From contig CBDFLJ010000002.1 in the NCBI GenBank assembly GCA_965248835.1, forward strand, positions 352,001-416,000: DNA of 64,000 nucleotides, given 5' to 3'. Position 1 is the first letter of the stretch. Each line of letters opens with the position of its first letter. Position numbers and translations under genes: made by a program. This document shows positions 9,195-19,138 of the stretch, piece after piece. The notes under the pieces are model-generated. The model did no database searches. It was not told where the DNA came from and was given only the letters and a program-made list of their open reading frames with translations. The DNA is from Alphaproteobacteria bacterium (GTDB lineage Bacteria; Pseudomonadota; Alphaproteobacteria; MPNO01).

Positions 9195-10250
9195 TCAATT
9201 GACGGCGAAGTGCGGGATCACCTTCTCGCCGAACAGGTGCATCGACCGCTCGGCCGCATCGAAGGGGATGTGGCCGAAATTGACCTGCATCGAGGCGACG
9301 TCGAAGCCGACTGAGTCCTGATAGGCTTGGATCTGGTCGATAATCCGCTCCGGAGAGCCCACCCACGCCGCGCCCGAGGCGACCTGGGTTTCGAAGCTCT
9401 CCTTCTCCAACATTCGATACATCTTCTCGTAGCCCGGATAGTCCTTGCTGGCTGCGCCTTCGACCCACGGCCGGGCGGCGTCGAGGATCGCCTGGAGATA
9501 GCGGTTCAGCGGATCGCGCGCGATGCGGACGGCCTCCGCATCGTCGTCGTGGCAGAACATGTGGAAGGCGAGCATCACCTTGCCTTTTCCGGGATGGCCG
9601 GCGGCCTTCCAGGCCTCGCGGTAAAGCCCCAGCAGCTCGACCATGCGGGTGCTCACCAGCGGGATCGCCATGATGAAATCGCCCTTCTCGCCCGCCTTGA
9701 CGAAGGATTCCGGCGTCGTCGTGGTCGCCGTCCAGATCGGCGGGCGCGGCTTCTGGGTCGGGCGCGGCAGCGAGGTGACGTTGCTGAAGCTGTGGAAGCG
9801 CCCCTCGCAGGTTACGTCCTCCTCCTCCAGGAGCTGGCGGATCTGCGCGGTCCCCTCGTCGAACCGGGCGACGGACTCATCGAGGCTGATGCCGAACTTC
9901 TCGAACTCGTGCGGCAAGAAGGCGCGCGCCATCCCGAGGTCCAGCCGCCCGCCGGAGAGCGCATCCACCATGCCGGCCTCGCCGGCGATCTTCAGCGGGT
10001 TGTTGAAGACCGGCAGGACCGCGCCGGTGACCATGCGCGCCTTCCTGGTGCGCTGGCATGCGGCGGCGAGGAAGACCATCGGTGCCGGCGCGTAGCCGCC
10101 ATAGGACAGGAAATAATGCTCGACCGTGCGGGCGTGGCTGTAGCCGTAGACGTCCATCAGGTCGCACAGCGACAGGCATTCCGCGTAATACTGCGCGCCC
10201 GTCTTGGTCTCCGGGCCGACCGAGGGGAAGAACTGGACGCCGAACTCCAT
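9195..10250 (-). CDS. LLM-class flavin-dependent monooxygenase
   Basis: TVEHYF, LSGGRLDLG and PRPTQKPRPPIW motifs. Confidence 0.9.
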   Translation of the reverse strand: MEFGVQFFPSVGPETKTGAQYYAECLSLCDLMDVYGYSHARTVEHYFLSYGGYAPAPMVFLAAACQRTRKARMVTGAVLPVFNNPLKIAGEAGMVDALSGGRLDLGMARAFLPHEFEKFGISLDESVARFDEGTAQIRQLLEEEDVTCEGRFHSFSNVTSLPRPTQKPRPPIWTATTTTPESFVKAGEKGDFIMAIPLVSTRMVELLGLYREAWKAAGHPGKGKVMLAFHMFCHDDDAEAVRIARDPLNRYLQAILDAARPWVEGAASKDYPGYEKMYRMLEKESFETQVASGAAWVGSPERIIDQIQAYQDSVGFDVASMQVNFGHIPFDAAERSMHLFGEKVIPHFAVN

Positions 10251-10283
10251 CGCCGCTGCTCCTTGGGCAATTTCGGGATGCGG

Positions 10284-11015
10284 TCAGGCGGCGACGCCGA
10301 CCGGCAGGATCTCGTGCTCCTTCAGGTGGTGCTCGCGATAGACTTCGGTGATCGAAGCCCAGCGCAGCCGGCAGGCGTCCTCGCACACCTTGAGCGCGCG
10401 CGGCAGGTCGTTGGTGCCCTCCAGATAGCGTTTGCACAGCGCCATCTGGCGCTCGCTGTGCTCGAGGTCGGCCTCGGCATGCTCGACGAAGAAGTCGATC
10501 TTGGGATCGGTGCGCTCGAAGCCGTAATGCGTCTCGAAGGCCGGGATGGTCACCTCGTTGTTCAGCGCGACCTGCTGGCCCTCCTGGGTCGACTGCATCG
10601 CGAGCGCGACGCCCAGCGGCTCATCGCGCAGGCAGTGGATGTAGTGCAGCGAGCGCGCCCACCAGGCGGGCGGCATCTGCGTGTTGCGCACCTCCCGCTC
10701 CGGCAGCCCGGCCGCGGCGCAGAACCGGAAGATCATCTCGTTGTGGTTATGGGGCACGTGGCCTTCCTTGGGGATGGCCGCCAGCCCCTGCTCCTCGGCC
10801 AGGTTCTCGATCAGCGCGACCTGGATGTCCTCGGGCGCGCGGTAGAACAGCAGTCCGAAGGACGGCTGGACCATCTCGACGAACTTGAAGTGGTTGGCCA
10901 TGTAGACGCCCAGCGCATGGAGTTCCAGCTCGCCCACGGCCATTGCCTGGAAGAACGGGTGGTTCTTGGTATGCCATTTCTCGCGGATAGCGTTGATCTG
11001 GTCTGCGGCGCTCAT
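10284..11015 (-). CDS. Second CADD/PqqC/TenA-like heme-oxygenase-like diiron oxidase
   Basis: ENLAEE...H, QEGQQ and FFVEHAEADLEH ligand motifs. Confidence 0.8.
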   Translation of the reverse strand: MSAADQINAIREKWHTKNHPFFQAMAVGELELHALGVYMANHFKFVEMVQPSFGLLFYRAPEDIQVALIENLAEEQGLAAIPKEGHVPHNHNEMIFRFCAAAGLPEREVRNTQMPPAWWARSLHYIHCLRDEPLGVALAMQSTQEGQQVALNNEVTIPAFETHYGFERTDPKIDFFVEHAEADLEHSERQMALCKRYLEGTNDLPRALKVCEDACRLRWASITEVYREHHLKEHEILPVGVAA

Positions 11016-11171
11016 GATCTCATCCCTTAAGGCGTGCGGTTGCCGTGATGCTATCGCGAGCCTCGCGCCCCCTCAACCCGCCGCCTCCCATTTCATGAAC
11101 CAGGACATTGTCGCCTGTCCGGCGGCGTGCTAGCACGTTGGTGACGCGCGATCGGCCGGGGGAGACATGCC

Positions 11172-11945
11172 ATGGGCAGGCCCGCAATGCTCAGCAACGA
11201 CATCTCGGAGTCCGAATGGAAGGAGCGGGTCGACCTGGCCGCGGCGTTCCGGCTGGTCGACCTCTACGGCTGGTCGGATCTCCTGGGCACCCACCTGTCG
11301 GCACGGGTGCCCGATGCGCCCGATCAGTTCCTGATCAACCCCTTCGGCATGCTTTTCGAGGAGATCACCGCCTCCTGCCTGGTCAAGGTCGACGAGGACG
11401 GCAACGAGCTCAGCCCTTCGACGTTCGGAATCAACCCGGCAGGTTTCACCATTCACAGCGCGGTCCACAAGGCCCGGCCCGAAGCGGGCTGTGTGATCCA
11501 CACCCATACCCAGTCCGGTGTCGGGGTCGCCACCCAGGACGACGGCCTGTTGCCGCTCAGCCAGCACGCACTCGCGGTCCTTGCCCATACCGGTTACCAC
11601 GACTACGAGGGGATCGCCTTCGACCTCGGCGAGCGCGAGCGGCTTGCCGCGAACCTCGCCGGCCACAACGTCCTGATCCTGCGCAACCACGGCCTGCTTA
11701 CGGTCGGCAGGACGGTCGGCGAGGCGTTCATGTGGATGTATCGCGCCGAGCGCGCCTGCAAGTTCCAGCTCGCCTTCCAGCAGGCCGGCGCCGTCCCCCG
11801 CGAGATCTCGGAAGACGTGCAGCGGGTTACCGCCGAGCGCAACCGGCACGCTATCTCGAACGCCGGCTACCGGCCGATCGGCGAGCGCGAATGGCCGGCG
11901 CTGGTCCGCAAGCTCGACCGCGACAACCCCGGCTATGCCGATTAA
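11172..11945 (+). CDS. Class II aldolase/adducin family protein
   Basis: THLSARVP, FTIHSAVH, IHTHT and LRNHGLL. Confidence 0.92.
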   Translation: MGRPAMLSNDISESEWKERVDLAAAFRLVDLYGWSDLLGTHLSARVPDAPDQFLINPFGMLFEEITASCLVKVDEDGNELSPSTFGINPAGFTIHSAVHKARPEAGCVIHTHTQSGVGVATQDDGLLPLSQHALAVLAHTGYHDYEGIAFDLGERERLAANLAGHNVLILRNHGLLTVGRTVGEAFMWMYRAERACKFQLAFQQAGAVPREISEDVQRVTAERNRHAISNAGYRPIGEREWPALVRKLDRDNPGYAD

Positions 11946-11974
11946 GCTGTCACCACAACGAGGAGGGTCCACCC

Positions 11975-12319
11975 ATGACCATCGACAGGATCAAACCGGG
12001 CGCCTGGAACAGCCGGGTGGTGGTGCACGGCGGGCTGGCCTATCTGTCCGGTATCGTCGCCGAGGACAAAACCCGCGACGTCAAGGGTCAGACCGAACAG
12101 GTGCTGGCGCAGATCGACGGCTTCCTGGCCGAGGCGGGGACCGACAAGTCGCGGATCCTGTCCGCGACCGTCTACATGGCCGATCTGTCGCAGAAGGATG
12201 CGATGAACGAGGCCTGGATGGCCTGGCTCGATCCCGCCTGCGTGCCTGCGCGTGCCGCGGTCGGGGTCGTGCTGACGCCCGGCACCGAGGTCGAGATCAT
12301 GCTCGTCGCCGCGGTATAA
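11975..12319 (+). CDS. RidA (YjgF/YoaB-like) family protein
   Basis: YLSGIV, QTEQVL, MNEAW, PARAAV and VEIM motifs; GAGGAGG RBS upstream. Confidence 0.9.
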   Translation: MTIDRIKPGAWNSRVVVHGGLAYLSGIVAEDKTRDVKGQTEQVLAQIDGFLAEAGTDKSRILSATVYMADLSQKDAMNEAWMAWLDPACVPARAAVGVVLTPGTEVEIMLVAAV

Positions 12320-12383
12320 TTCGTTATCCGCGCCGGCGAATTGCGATAAGCTTCCCCATCGTCCAAGCGGAACGGAGGCTCCG

Positions 12384-12794
12384 ATGTCGGAATTCAAGCA
12401 AAAGCTGGTGATCAGCCACGCCGACGGCGCGGTCTATGGGAAAGCCGGCATACGCGATCAGTTCGTGTACCGCCATTTCGGCATCGAAGAGGCGACCGGC
12501 GGCAAATACGGTGCACACCTGATTCGCGGCGGCGATGGACCTCCGCCGATCGAGGACCACCTGCACACCGACATCGATTTCCTGATCGTCTATGTGGTCA
12601 GCGGATGGGTGAAGTTCTGGTACGAGGGCCACGGCGAGGAAACGCTGCGAGCGGGCTCGGTCCATATGCTGCCGCCGGAGATCAAGCACGGCGTGCTGGA
12701 CTGGTCCGACGACCTGGAAATGCTCGAGATCACCTCGCCGGCCGAGTACGGCACCCGCGCGCTGACCGCCGAAGAGATGGCGGTGACCGCCTGA
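12384..12794 (+). CDS. Cupin-domain protein
   Basis: HLHT...YVVSGW...PPEIKH cupin motifs; GGAGG RBS. Confidence 0.85.
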   Translation: MSEFKQKLVISHADGAVYGKAGIRDQFVYRHFGIEEATGGKYGAHLIRGGDGPPPIEDHLHTDIDFLIVYVVSGWVKFWYEGHGEETLRAGSVHMLPPEIKHGVLDWSDDLEMLEITSPAEYGTRALTAEEMAVTA

Positions 12795-12807
12795 GAAGGG
12801 CGCCGCC

Positions 12808-13656
12808 TTAAAAGTCTGCCCAGTCCGGCCTTTGGACCGTGATGTCCGCCGCGCCGGCCTGCAGCTTCTCGGCGGCTTCGATCGCCTCCAGGCGCAGCAT
12901 GGCCAGGCCGAGTTCGCCGGTGCTGCCCCTCATTTCGCCGACCTGCGCCGCGCCGCGGTGAACCGCCGTCCCGGGCGGCGGGGCGGGGCCGTCGATGCGC
13001 ACCGGCACCAGGCGCTTGCGCACCAGGGCGCGGTGCTTCATCCGCGCGGTGACCTCCTGGCCGACATAGCATCCCTTCTCGAAATCGACGCCGTTCAACG
13101 CCTCGAAACCGTTCTCGAGCAGGAAGGACTTCTCCGAAACCAGGTCGCGGCTGCCGTCCGGGACGCCGAGGCGGATGCGCAAGCCGTCATAGTCCGCGCG
13201 CGCGGCGGGCCGCAGGCCGGCCGCGGCAAGCGCCCCGCGGTCCGCCGGCGCGATGATCACCCGGGCACCCAGCCCCTCGATGCGTGGATCGGGGAATGAA
13301 AGCCCGCGCCCGAGTCGGGCGGCGGCCGCCGCCGCACCGTCGCCGATCACCGCATGGACCTCGAGGTCGAAGCCGTCCTCGATCGCGACCTTGGCGCGCA
13401 GCCGGTACATCAAAAGCCGGCGGCGCAGCGCCTGTTGCCCGGCCGCCTCGCAATCGAGCCACAGCGCATCGCCGCTTGCGATGACGAAGAAGTCGAACAG
13501 GTATTTGCCCTGGGGGGTCAGCAGGGCGGCGTGGATCGCCTCGGTCCCGGTGACCTTGTCGATATCGTTGGAGATCAGGCCCTGCAGGAAGGGCCGCGCG
13601 TCCTCGCCGGAGACCGACAGCACGGCACGATCCTCGAGTCTGATGTATTCCGGCAT
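12808..13656 (-). CDS. ygfZ: Folate-binding Fe-S repair protein YgfZ
   Basis: FLQGLISND, LLTPQGK and the KGCYVGQE signature. Confidence 0.95.
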   Translation of the reverse strand: MPEYIRLEDRAVLSVSGEDARPFLQGLISNDIDKVTGTEAIHAALLTPQGKYLFDFFVIASGDALWLDCEAAGQQALRRRLLMYRLRAKVAIEDGFDLEVHAVIGDGAAAAAARLGRGLSFPDPRIEGLGARVIIAPADRGALAAAGLRPAARADYDGLRIRLGVPDGSRDLVSEKSFLLENGFEALNGVDFEKGCYVGQEVTARMKHRALVRKRLVPVRIDGPAPPPGTAVHRGAAQVGEMRGSTGELGLAMLRLEAIEAAEKLQAGAADITVQRPDWADF

Positions 13657-13807
13657 CGCCTGGTCCACCGACGCAATATTCGGGCTCACAGTGAAGTGGC
13701 ATGCCTGATCGCCCTCGGCAAGGCCGGAAGGCCCGAACAGGTCCGCTTGACGAGTCTTTCGCGAACGGCTTATTCGTCGGGCAGATTGGCTGGTTTGGAA
13801 CAGGATC

Positions 13808-14803
13808 ATGAGTGAACGGTTCCGGGCGCTCGTCCTGGAAGAGGGCAAGGACGGCCCGGTGGCGACAATCGCGGAGCTCGACGAGGCGGCGCTGCCGCAG
13901 GGCGAGGTGACGGTCGCGGTCGCGTATTCGGGGCTGAACTACAAGGACGGCATGATCCTCAAGGGGCTTGGCCGGCTGGTGCGCAGCTATCCGCATGTCC
14001 CGGGCATCGATCTGGCCGGCACCGTGGCGGAGTCGGCCTCGGCGAACTTCGCGGTCGGCGACAAGGTGCTGGTGACCGGCTACCGGATGGGCGAGGTCCA
14101 TTGGGGCGGCTATGCCCAGCGCGCCCGGGTGCCGGCCGAATGGGTGGTCAAGTGCCCCGACGGGCTCGATCCGTTTCAGGCAATGGCGCTCGGGACGGCC
14201 GGGTTCACCGCGATGATCGCGGTCATCGCGCTCGAACAGGCCGGGCTCAGGCCGGGCGCGGGCGAGGTGTTGGTCACCGGCGCCAACGGCGGGGTCGGCA
14301 GCGTCGCGGTGAGCTTGCTGGCGGCGCTTGGCCACGAGGTGGTGGCCTCCACCGGACGGCCGGAGACCGGGGCGGCGCTGAAGGCGCTCGGGGCCGCGAC
14401 GGTCATCGACCGCGCCGAGCTCGCCGCAGCGCCCGACCGTCCGCTGTTGAACGAGCGCTGGGCCGGCGCGGTCGATGCGGTCGGCGGCACCACGCTCGCC
14501 TCGATCCTGGCCGGGCTGCGCTACGGCGCTGCGGTCGCGGCCTGCGGGCTTGCCGGCGGCAGTGCGCTGGAGACCACGGTGATCCCGTTCCTGTTGCGCG
14601 GCGTCCGGCTGCTGGGGATCGATTCGGTGATGTATCCGCACGCGCCTCGGCTGGAAGCCTGGCAGCGGCTCGCCACCTTGCTGCCCAAAGACGCCTTCAA
14701 CCAGTTCGCCGGCACCGTGCCGCTCGACGCGCTGCCCGGTCTTGCCGAAGAGATCCTCCAGGGCCGCACGCGCGGCCGCACGGTGGTCGATGTCAACGCC
14801 TGA
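13808..14803 (+). CDS. acuI: Acryloyl-CoA reductase / YhdH-type MDR oxidoreductase
   Basis: LNYKD, PGIDLAG, GTAGFTA, VTGANGGVG and PFLLRGV.LLGIDSV. Confidence 0.88.
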   Translation: MSERFRALVLEEGKDGPVATIAELDEAALPQGEVTVAVAYSGLNYKDGMILKGLGRLVRSYPHVPGIDLAGTVAESASANFAVGDKVLVTGYRMGEVHWGGYAQRARVPAEWVVKCPDGLDPFQAMALGTAGFTAMIAVIALEQAGLRPGAGEVLVTGANGGVGSVAVSLLAALGHEVVASTGRPETGAALKALGAATVIDRAELAAAPDRPLLNERWAGAVDAVGGTTLASILAGLRYGAAVAACGLAGGSALETTVIPFLLRGVRLLGIDSVMYPHAPRLEAWQRLATLLPKDAFNQFAGTVPLDALPGLAEEILQGRTRGRTVVDVNA

Positions 14804-14924
14804 CCCGGCCAGCGGTTTGCAACCTTTTCGTTCGCGCGATGCCGTCGTTACCCGCGTCGCTGCGTGGAACCGGTTCGGGCGGTGGCCGGGGCTTTCAGCG
14901 GGTTTTCTCGCTGCGTGTTCGTTC

Positions 14925-15317
14925 TTGTCGCGGCGACGGCGGCCACGGCCCGGTTCGATCCTTCGGCCGCTTGCGCTCGCCCCGGCGCTTGCGGGCATTC
15001 ACGCGGGTGCCGTGACCGCCCAGGTCGAGGTTCCGGTGACCTTCGGCGATTCGATGCGCTGGTACTCTCGGGCCGCCGAGGTCGGTTTCGCGCCCGCCCA
15101 GCTCAATCTCGGCGTGCTCTATGCCAAAGGTGACGGTGTCGAGCCCGATCCGGTCGAAGCCTGGGTGTGGTTCGACCGTGCTGCGTCCAAGGACCAGCCC
15201 CAGGCTGAAATCTTCCGCAGCCGGCTCGAAGGCATGATGAGCGAGGCGGAGCGTCGGCGTGTACGCGCCGCCGCCAAGAAGCGCCGCGCCCGCCTCGCCC
15301 CCGGCCAGGCGCGGTGA
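14925..15317 (+). CDS. Short Sel1-repeat protein (start uncertain)
   Basis: WYSRAAEVGFAPAQLNLGVLYAKGDGVEPDPVEAWVWFDRAA; possible TTG start with a signal-like N-terminus. Confidence 0.7.
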   Translation: MSRRRRPRPGSILRPLALAPALAGIHAGAVTAQVEVPVTFGDSMRWYSRAAEVGFAPAQLNLGVLYAKGDGVEPDPVEAWVWFDRAASKDQPQAEIFRSRLEGMMSEAERRRVRAAAKKRRARLAPGQAR

Positions 15318-15383
15318 GCGCCGCCGTGATCCACGCGTGAACGGTGCCCGGGCCCGACCGACCCAGTTGGATTGGGACATACA

Positions 15384-17048
15384 TTAGGCCTGGCGGTGGA
15401 CGAAGCTGCCGCCGAGGACCGTTGCCAGGCAGTCGATGTCCTCGAATTCACGCGGGTCGATGTCGAGCGGGTTCTTGGAAAGCACCGCGCAGTCGGCGAG
15501 CCAGCCCGGCATCAGCCGGCCCTTGCGGCCTTCCTCGAAGGTGAACCAGGACCCGGCCGCGGTCACCATTTCCAGCGCCGCCTCGGCCGAAAGCCGTGCC
15601 GAGGCGCCCAGCACGCGGCTGGTCGTTCGCTCGCTGCGCAGCATCATCGCTGCCATCGTCGCCAGGGGATCGTAGGGCACGTTGTCGGTGCCCGCCGCAA
15701 CCGGCACGCCACGCTCGCGCAGCGGTTTTGCCGGCACCAGAAGCGCTTCCTCCTCCGCCGACAGGTCGAAGAACCTGGTGCCGTTCTTCCACAGGTGATG
15801 CAGCGGAATCAGCGTAACCCCGAGCCCCATCGCCTCGATGGCGTGCAGGTCCTCCGCGCGTGACAGGCTGAGATGCTCCAGCACCCAGCGGCGGCCGCGC
15901 AGGTCGAACCTTGCGTGGACGCGCTCGAGGATCGGCAGGATCGTCGCCTGAACGCCCGCCGAGGCGATGGTGTGCACGCGGATGCCGTGCTCGGCGGCCA
16001 GCATGCACAGACGCTCGAACGCCTCCGGTTCATGGGCATGCCAGTGGAAGCTCCAATATCCGGTATCGTTGCCCCGGCTGCGCGCGAGCCCGGCCGCGAC
16101 CGGATCGCCGCCGAAGCCGATGTGGATACCCGACACCCGGTACATTGCATCGCCCAGCCCCGCGCCCCGCGCGGGACCGAGCCAGTCGCGCATGACAGCC
16201 TCGGCGTCCTCAAGCGAGCGCCAGGCAGGGTTGACGACCATGCCGACCCGCATCGTCAGCGCGCCCGCCTGCCACAAATCCTGGTAGATCCGCATGAACG
16301 CGGGCGAGCAGCCGTGGCCCTCGTAGATGCTGGTCGTCCCCTTGGCGTTGTAGAGCCGCATCGCCTCGCGGACCCCCGCCGTCCGTTCCGCCGTCGAGAA
16401 GCCAGGGACCGCCGGCAGCAGGTCGAGCTGGACCGACTCGCGGGGGTTGTCGTCGGATATCACCCCGGTCGGCTCGCCGTCGGAATCCTTGAGGATCGTG
16501 ATGCCGGCAAGGCGCGGGGTGGTGTCGCGGTCGATCGCGTTGAGCGCCAAGCCCGCCGAATTGAGCGCGGTAAAACAAGGCGGGGTGCCCCAATAGCCCG
16601 AGGGCGGCAGAATGCACACCGGATTCGCGGGCGCGGCCCGGTCGAGCTCGCGGCGCGTCGGCATGCGCCCTTCCGACAGGGCCGCCGGGCCGTCGAAGTA
16701 ATAGGGCGGGGTGCCGACCGGCATGGTGATGATCCACTCGCCCGCGGCCCGCGCGGCGGCCAGCGATTCGATACGGGCGAGCACGTCCCCGACGGAGGCC
16801 GCCCCGGCGAGCGAGGGGCGGGCGGCCTTGATGCCCTCGGTATCCATGTGCGCGTGGGTATCGTTGAAGCCCGGGATGATCGACGCCGCGCCGAAGTCGA
16901 CGATCTCGGCTTCGCCGCGGGTTGCGCCCAGCACGTCCTCGCGCGATCCGACAGCCAGGATCCGCCCGTCGCGCAGCGCAAGCGCCTGCGCGCGCGCGCC
17001 CGCGCCGTCGAGCGTGATCACCTCGCCCAGCAGGATCAGGTCCGCCAT
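15384..17048 (-). CDS. YtcJ-like metal-dependent amidohydrolase (Amidohydro_3)
   Basis: PGFNDTHAH, LNSAGL, VLEH, AGTD and GRLMPGWLAD. Confidence 0.9.
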   Translation of the reverse strand: MADLILLGEVITLDGAGARAQALALRDGRILAVGSREDVLGATRGEAEIVDFGAASIIPGFNDTHAHMDTEGIKAARPSLAGAASVGDVLARIESLAAARAAGEWIITMPVGTPPYYFDGPAALSEGRMPTRRELDRAAPANPVCILPPSGYWGTPPCFTALNSAGLALNAIDRDTTPRLAGITILKDSDGEPTGVISDDNPRESVQLDLLPAVPGFSTAERTAGVREAMRLYNAKGTTSIYEGHGCSPAFMRIYQDLWQAGALTMRVGMVVNPAWRSLEDAEAVMRDWLGPARGAGLGDAMYRVSGIHIGFGGDPVAAGLARSRGNDTGYWSFHWHAHEPEAFERLCMLAAEHGIRVHTIASAGVQATILPILERVHARFDLRGRRWVLEHLSLSRAEDLHAIEAMGLGVTLIPLHHLWKNGTRFFDLSAEEEALLVPAKPLRERGVPVAAGTDNVPYDPLATMAAMMLRSERTTSRVLGASARLSAEAALEMVTAAGSWFTFEEGRKGRLMPGWLADCAVLSKNPLDIDPREFEDIDCLATVLGGSFVHRQA

Positions 17049-17214
17049 CGCCGCCTCCCGTCCCGACGCCCCAGTCTATCGCATGTCCCGAAAGAGCCGG
17101 ACCGGATCCACCGGATCGGACGATGCGCCGGCGCCGCCGGGCCGGGCGTTGCGCGCGCCCCTGCCATGGGCGAGGATCGCCCCTGTCGGTGCGCGATTGG
17201 ACGAAGGAGCTTCC

Positions 17215-17820
17215 ATGAAGGGCTACGCCTCACATAACTCGCCGTTTGCCCGCAAGGTCCGGGTCGCGGCGATCGAGACCGGCCAGGGCGAGACGATCGA
17301 CTGGACGATGGTCGATCTCGTCGACCGTCCGGCGGTGCTCGGGCAGACCAATCCGCTGGACCAGGTGCCCGTGGTCATCCAGGACGACGGCACAGCGCTC
17401 TATGATTCGCCGGTGATCTGCCAATATCTCGACAGCTTGCACGACGGGCCGAAGCTCTATCCCGAGGTCGGCGCGGCGCGCTGGACGGCGCTGCGGCTGG
17501 AAGCGCTGGGTGACGGGCTGGGGGCGGCCTCGGCCGCGCTCGCCGGCGAGCGGCGGCGCCCGGAGGACCGCCGTTACGATCCCTTCATCGCTGCCCAGTC
17601 GGGGAAGATCGGCGCGGCGCTGGCCGCGCTCGAAGACGAGATCGATCGGCTCGACGGCCCGACCGGCATTGCCCAGATCGCAGTGGCTTGTGCGATCGGC
17701 TACATGGAGCTGCGCGCGTGCGCGCCCGGATGGCGCGAGTCCCGCCCACGCCTCGCCGCCTGGTACGATGCGTTCCGCGACCGCCCCTCGATGCGCCGGA
17801 CCGCTCCACCCGACCAATAA
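17215..17820 (+). CDS. Glutathione S-transferase family protein
   Basis: SPFARKVR, NP..QVP and LYDSPVICQYLD; AAGGAG RBS. Confidence 0.9.
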   Translation: MKGYASHNSPFARKVRVAAIETGQGETIDWTMVDLVDRPAVLGQTNPLDQVPVVIQDDGTALYDSPVICQYLDSLHDGPKLYPEVGAARWTALRLEALGDGLGAASAALAGERRRPEDRRYDPFIAAQSGKIGAALAALEDEIDRLDGPTGIAQIAVACAIGYMELRACAPGWRESRPRLAAWYDAFRDRPSMRRTAPPDQ

Positions 17821-17959
17821 ACACCGCCCTGAAACACCGCCCCGGTCGATTCGCCGGTCCGGCCGGTTCGGGACAGGCGCCAGGACGCCTCCGGGGACGC
17901 CCGAGGCGCTGCACCGTCGGCGGCGTGAGTCCCGCCGGCCGGTTCGTCCCCGGTTCGTC

Positions 17960-19120
17960 CTACGGCTCGATCAGGTGCGGTATGAAGCGCGCATCATCGC
18001 CGGTGACCAGCGAGCGGTCCTCGCGGATGCACAGGCCCGCCGCCTGGCTTGCGACCACCCAGCAGCCGATCATCGGGTGGTTGCCGTCGAACTCGGGCAG
18101 CGGGTGGAAGGCCTGGACGATATGGCCTTCGCGGCCGTAATTGCCCGGATGCGGGATGTGCGCGCTGCCCCCGCGGACGATCTCTACGTTCTGTCCCTCG
18201 CGCGACAGCAACGGCTTGCGGACGTAGGTCTCTGCCAGCGCGGAAGCGCGCGGGTCATCGGCAAAGAAGCTCGGCAGCAGGTTTGGGTGGCCCTCGAACA
18301 TTTCCCACAACAGCGCCAGCAGGCCCTTGTTGGAAAGGATCGCCTTCCAGGCCGGCTCGATGAACACCGCCCCGCAATCGGGGACATTGCGGCCGAACTC
18401 TTCCGCCATGATCCATTCCCAGGGATAGAGCTTGAAAAGGTTTTCGATCACCCGGTCGTCGAGGTCGGTGAACCGGCCCGCCCGGTCGATTCCGATATCG
18501 TCCATGTAGACGAAACCGGTCTGTAGCCCGGCCTGCTTCGCGCAATCTTCCAAATAGGCGACCGTGCCGCGGTCCTCCTCGGAGTCCTTGGCGCAGGCGA
18601 AGTGGAGGACGCCGGAGACGCCGAAACGCGACAGCGCATCGATCAGCTTCTCGTGCAGCGCATTGAACTGGTCCGCGCCTGACGCGACCATGCCGGCCTC
18701 GATGGCCTGCTCGAGCCAGACCCACTGGAAGATCGAGGATTCGTAGAGCGCGGTCGGGGTATCGGCGTTGTATTCCAGCAGCTTTGCCGGCCCGGTCCCG
18801 TCATAAGAGAAATCCATCCTGCCGTAGAGGTTCTTCTCGCCCTTTCGCCAGCTTTCGGCGATCGTCTCCCAGAAGGCTTCGGGGATCGCCAGCCGCGCGA
18901 GCACGGCCTCCTCGGCCAGCGCGCGCTCGACCACCGAGAAGCACATTTCCTCGAGCTCCTCGACCGGCTCCTCGAGCCCGTCCTCGATCTCCTCCAGGGT
19001 GAATCGGTAGACCGCGCTCTCGTCCCAATAGGGGTCGCCCTGGATCGAATGGAAGTCGAAGCCGTGCGCCAGCGCGACATCCTTCCAGTCCGGGCGCGGC
19101 GCGATCGGGGTGCGCTGCAT
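17960..19120 (-). CDS. ygiC: Glutathionylspermidine synthase-like ATP-grasp ligase
   Basis: YGRMDF, LLEYNADTPT, FKLYPWEW, EPAWK.ILSNK and KPLLSREG. Confidence 0.92.
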   Translation of the reverse strand: MQRTPIAPRPDWKDVALAHGFDFHSIQGDPYWDESAVYRFTLEEIEDGLEEPVEELEEMCFSVVERALAEEAVLARLAIPEAFWETIAESWRKGEKNLYGRMDFSYDGTGPAKLLEYNADTPTALYESSIFQWVWLEQAIEAGMVASGADQFNALHEKLIDALSRFGVSGVLHFACAKDSEEDRGTVAYLEDCAKQAGLQTGFVYMDDIGIDRAGRFTDLDDRVIENLFKLYPWEWIMAEEFGRNVPDCGAVFIEPAWKAILSNKGLLALLWEMFEGHPNLLPSFFADDPRASALAETYVRKPLLSREGQNVEIVRGGSAHIPHPGNYGREGHIVQAFHPLPEFDGNHPMIGCWVVASQAAGLCIREDRSLVTGDDARFIPHLIEP

Positions 19121-19138
19121 CCCGGCTGTCGGCTCGCC

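Noticed and set aside
104-11015. PQQ biosynthesis (pqqC) or CADD-type pABA synthase
   Set aside because: No pqqABDE or folate context, and the Tyr27-equivalent is absent in both proteins.
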